A stretch of 27,216 bases of DNA from an uncultured archaeon (GTDB taxonomy: Archaea; Asgardarchaeota; Hermodarchaeia; Hermodarchaeales; Hermodarchaeaceae). Below, piece after piece: positions 27,192-27,216 of this stretch. Under the pieces are notes generated by a model. It did not search any database. It saw only the letters and a program-made list of their open reading frames with translations, and was not told where the DNA came from. Both the position numbers and the translations under genes were made by a program. Each line of letters opens with the position of its first letter. Position 1 is the stretch's first letter. The stretch covers positions 1 through 27,216 of the forward strand of contig CAYFXC010000005.1 of the NCBI GenBank assembly GCA_964347045.1, given 5' to 3'.

Positions 27192-27216
27192 CCCTAGGAA
27201 GGATCAAAAGTTACAA

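Noticed and set aside
1-27216. tRNA/rRNA genes, CRISPR arrays, IS elements
   Set aside because: Intergenic spaces are short and AT-rich. By eye I saw no cloverleaf, spaced direct repeats, or transposase/integrase ORFs.

Overview
Archaeal genomic window, most likely from an Asgard archaeon. The evidence is a Rab-like small GTPase with a WDFAG G3 box, an Rpn11-like JAMM protease next to a eukaryote-like E1, GGAGGT ribosome-binding sites, and frequent TTG/GTG starts. The left 12.2 kb (minus strand) is a respiratory complex I-like operon, nuoA-B-(small ORF)-C-D-H-I-J-K-M-M-L-M-N, with no NuoEFG/FpoF input module in the window. It has five antiporter-like subunits (three NuoM-type plus L and N) instead of three. 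The NuoL lateral helix is about twice the usual length and is built from a ~26-27 aa unit present three times, i.e. two extra units for two extra M subunits. This putative '3M' complex I is the main finding. A divergent cluster encodes a geranylgeranyl reductase, a long-chain-type polyprenyl synthase and MenA, suggesting a (saturated) menaquinone supply. Further right are a fucose/arabinose isomerase-like gene, a decaying nickel-pincer locus (larE with two frameshifts, N-terminal-only larC, intact larB), the small GTPase, a malic enzyme, two tandem HAD paralogs, a Hef/ERCC4-like SF2 helicase with degenerate catalytic motifs, and an overlapping JAMM + E1 pair. I recognised no RNA genes, CRISPR arrays or mobile elements. 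Reference-family comparisons are from memory, not from a search.
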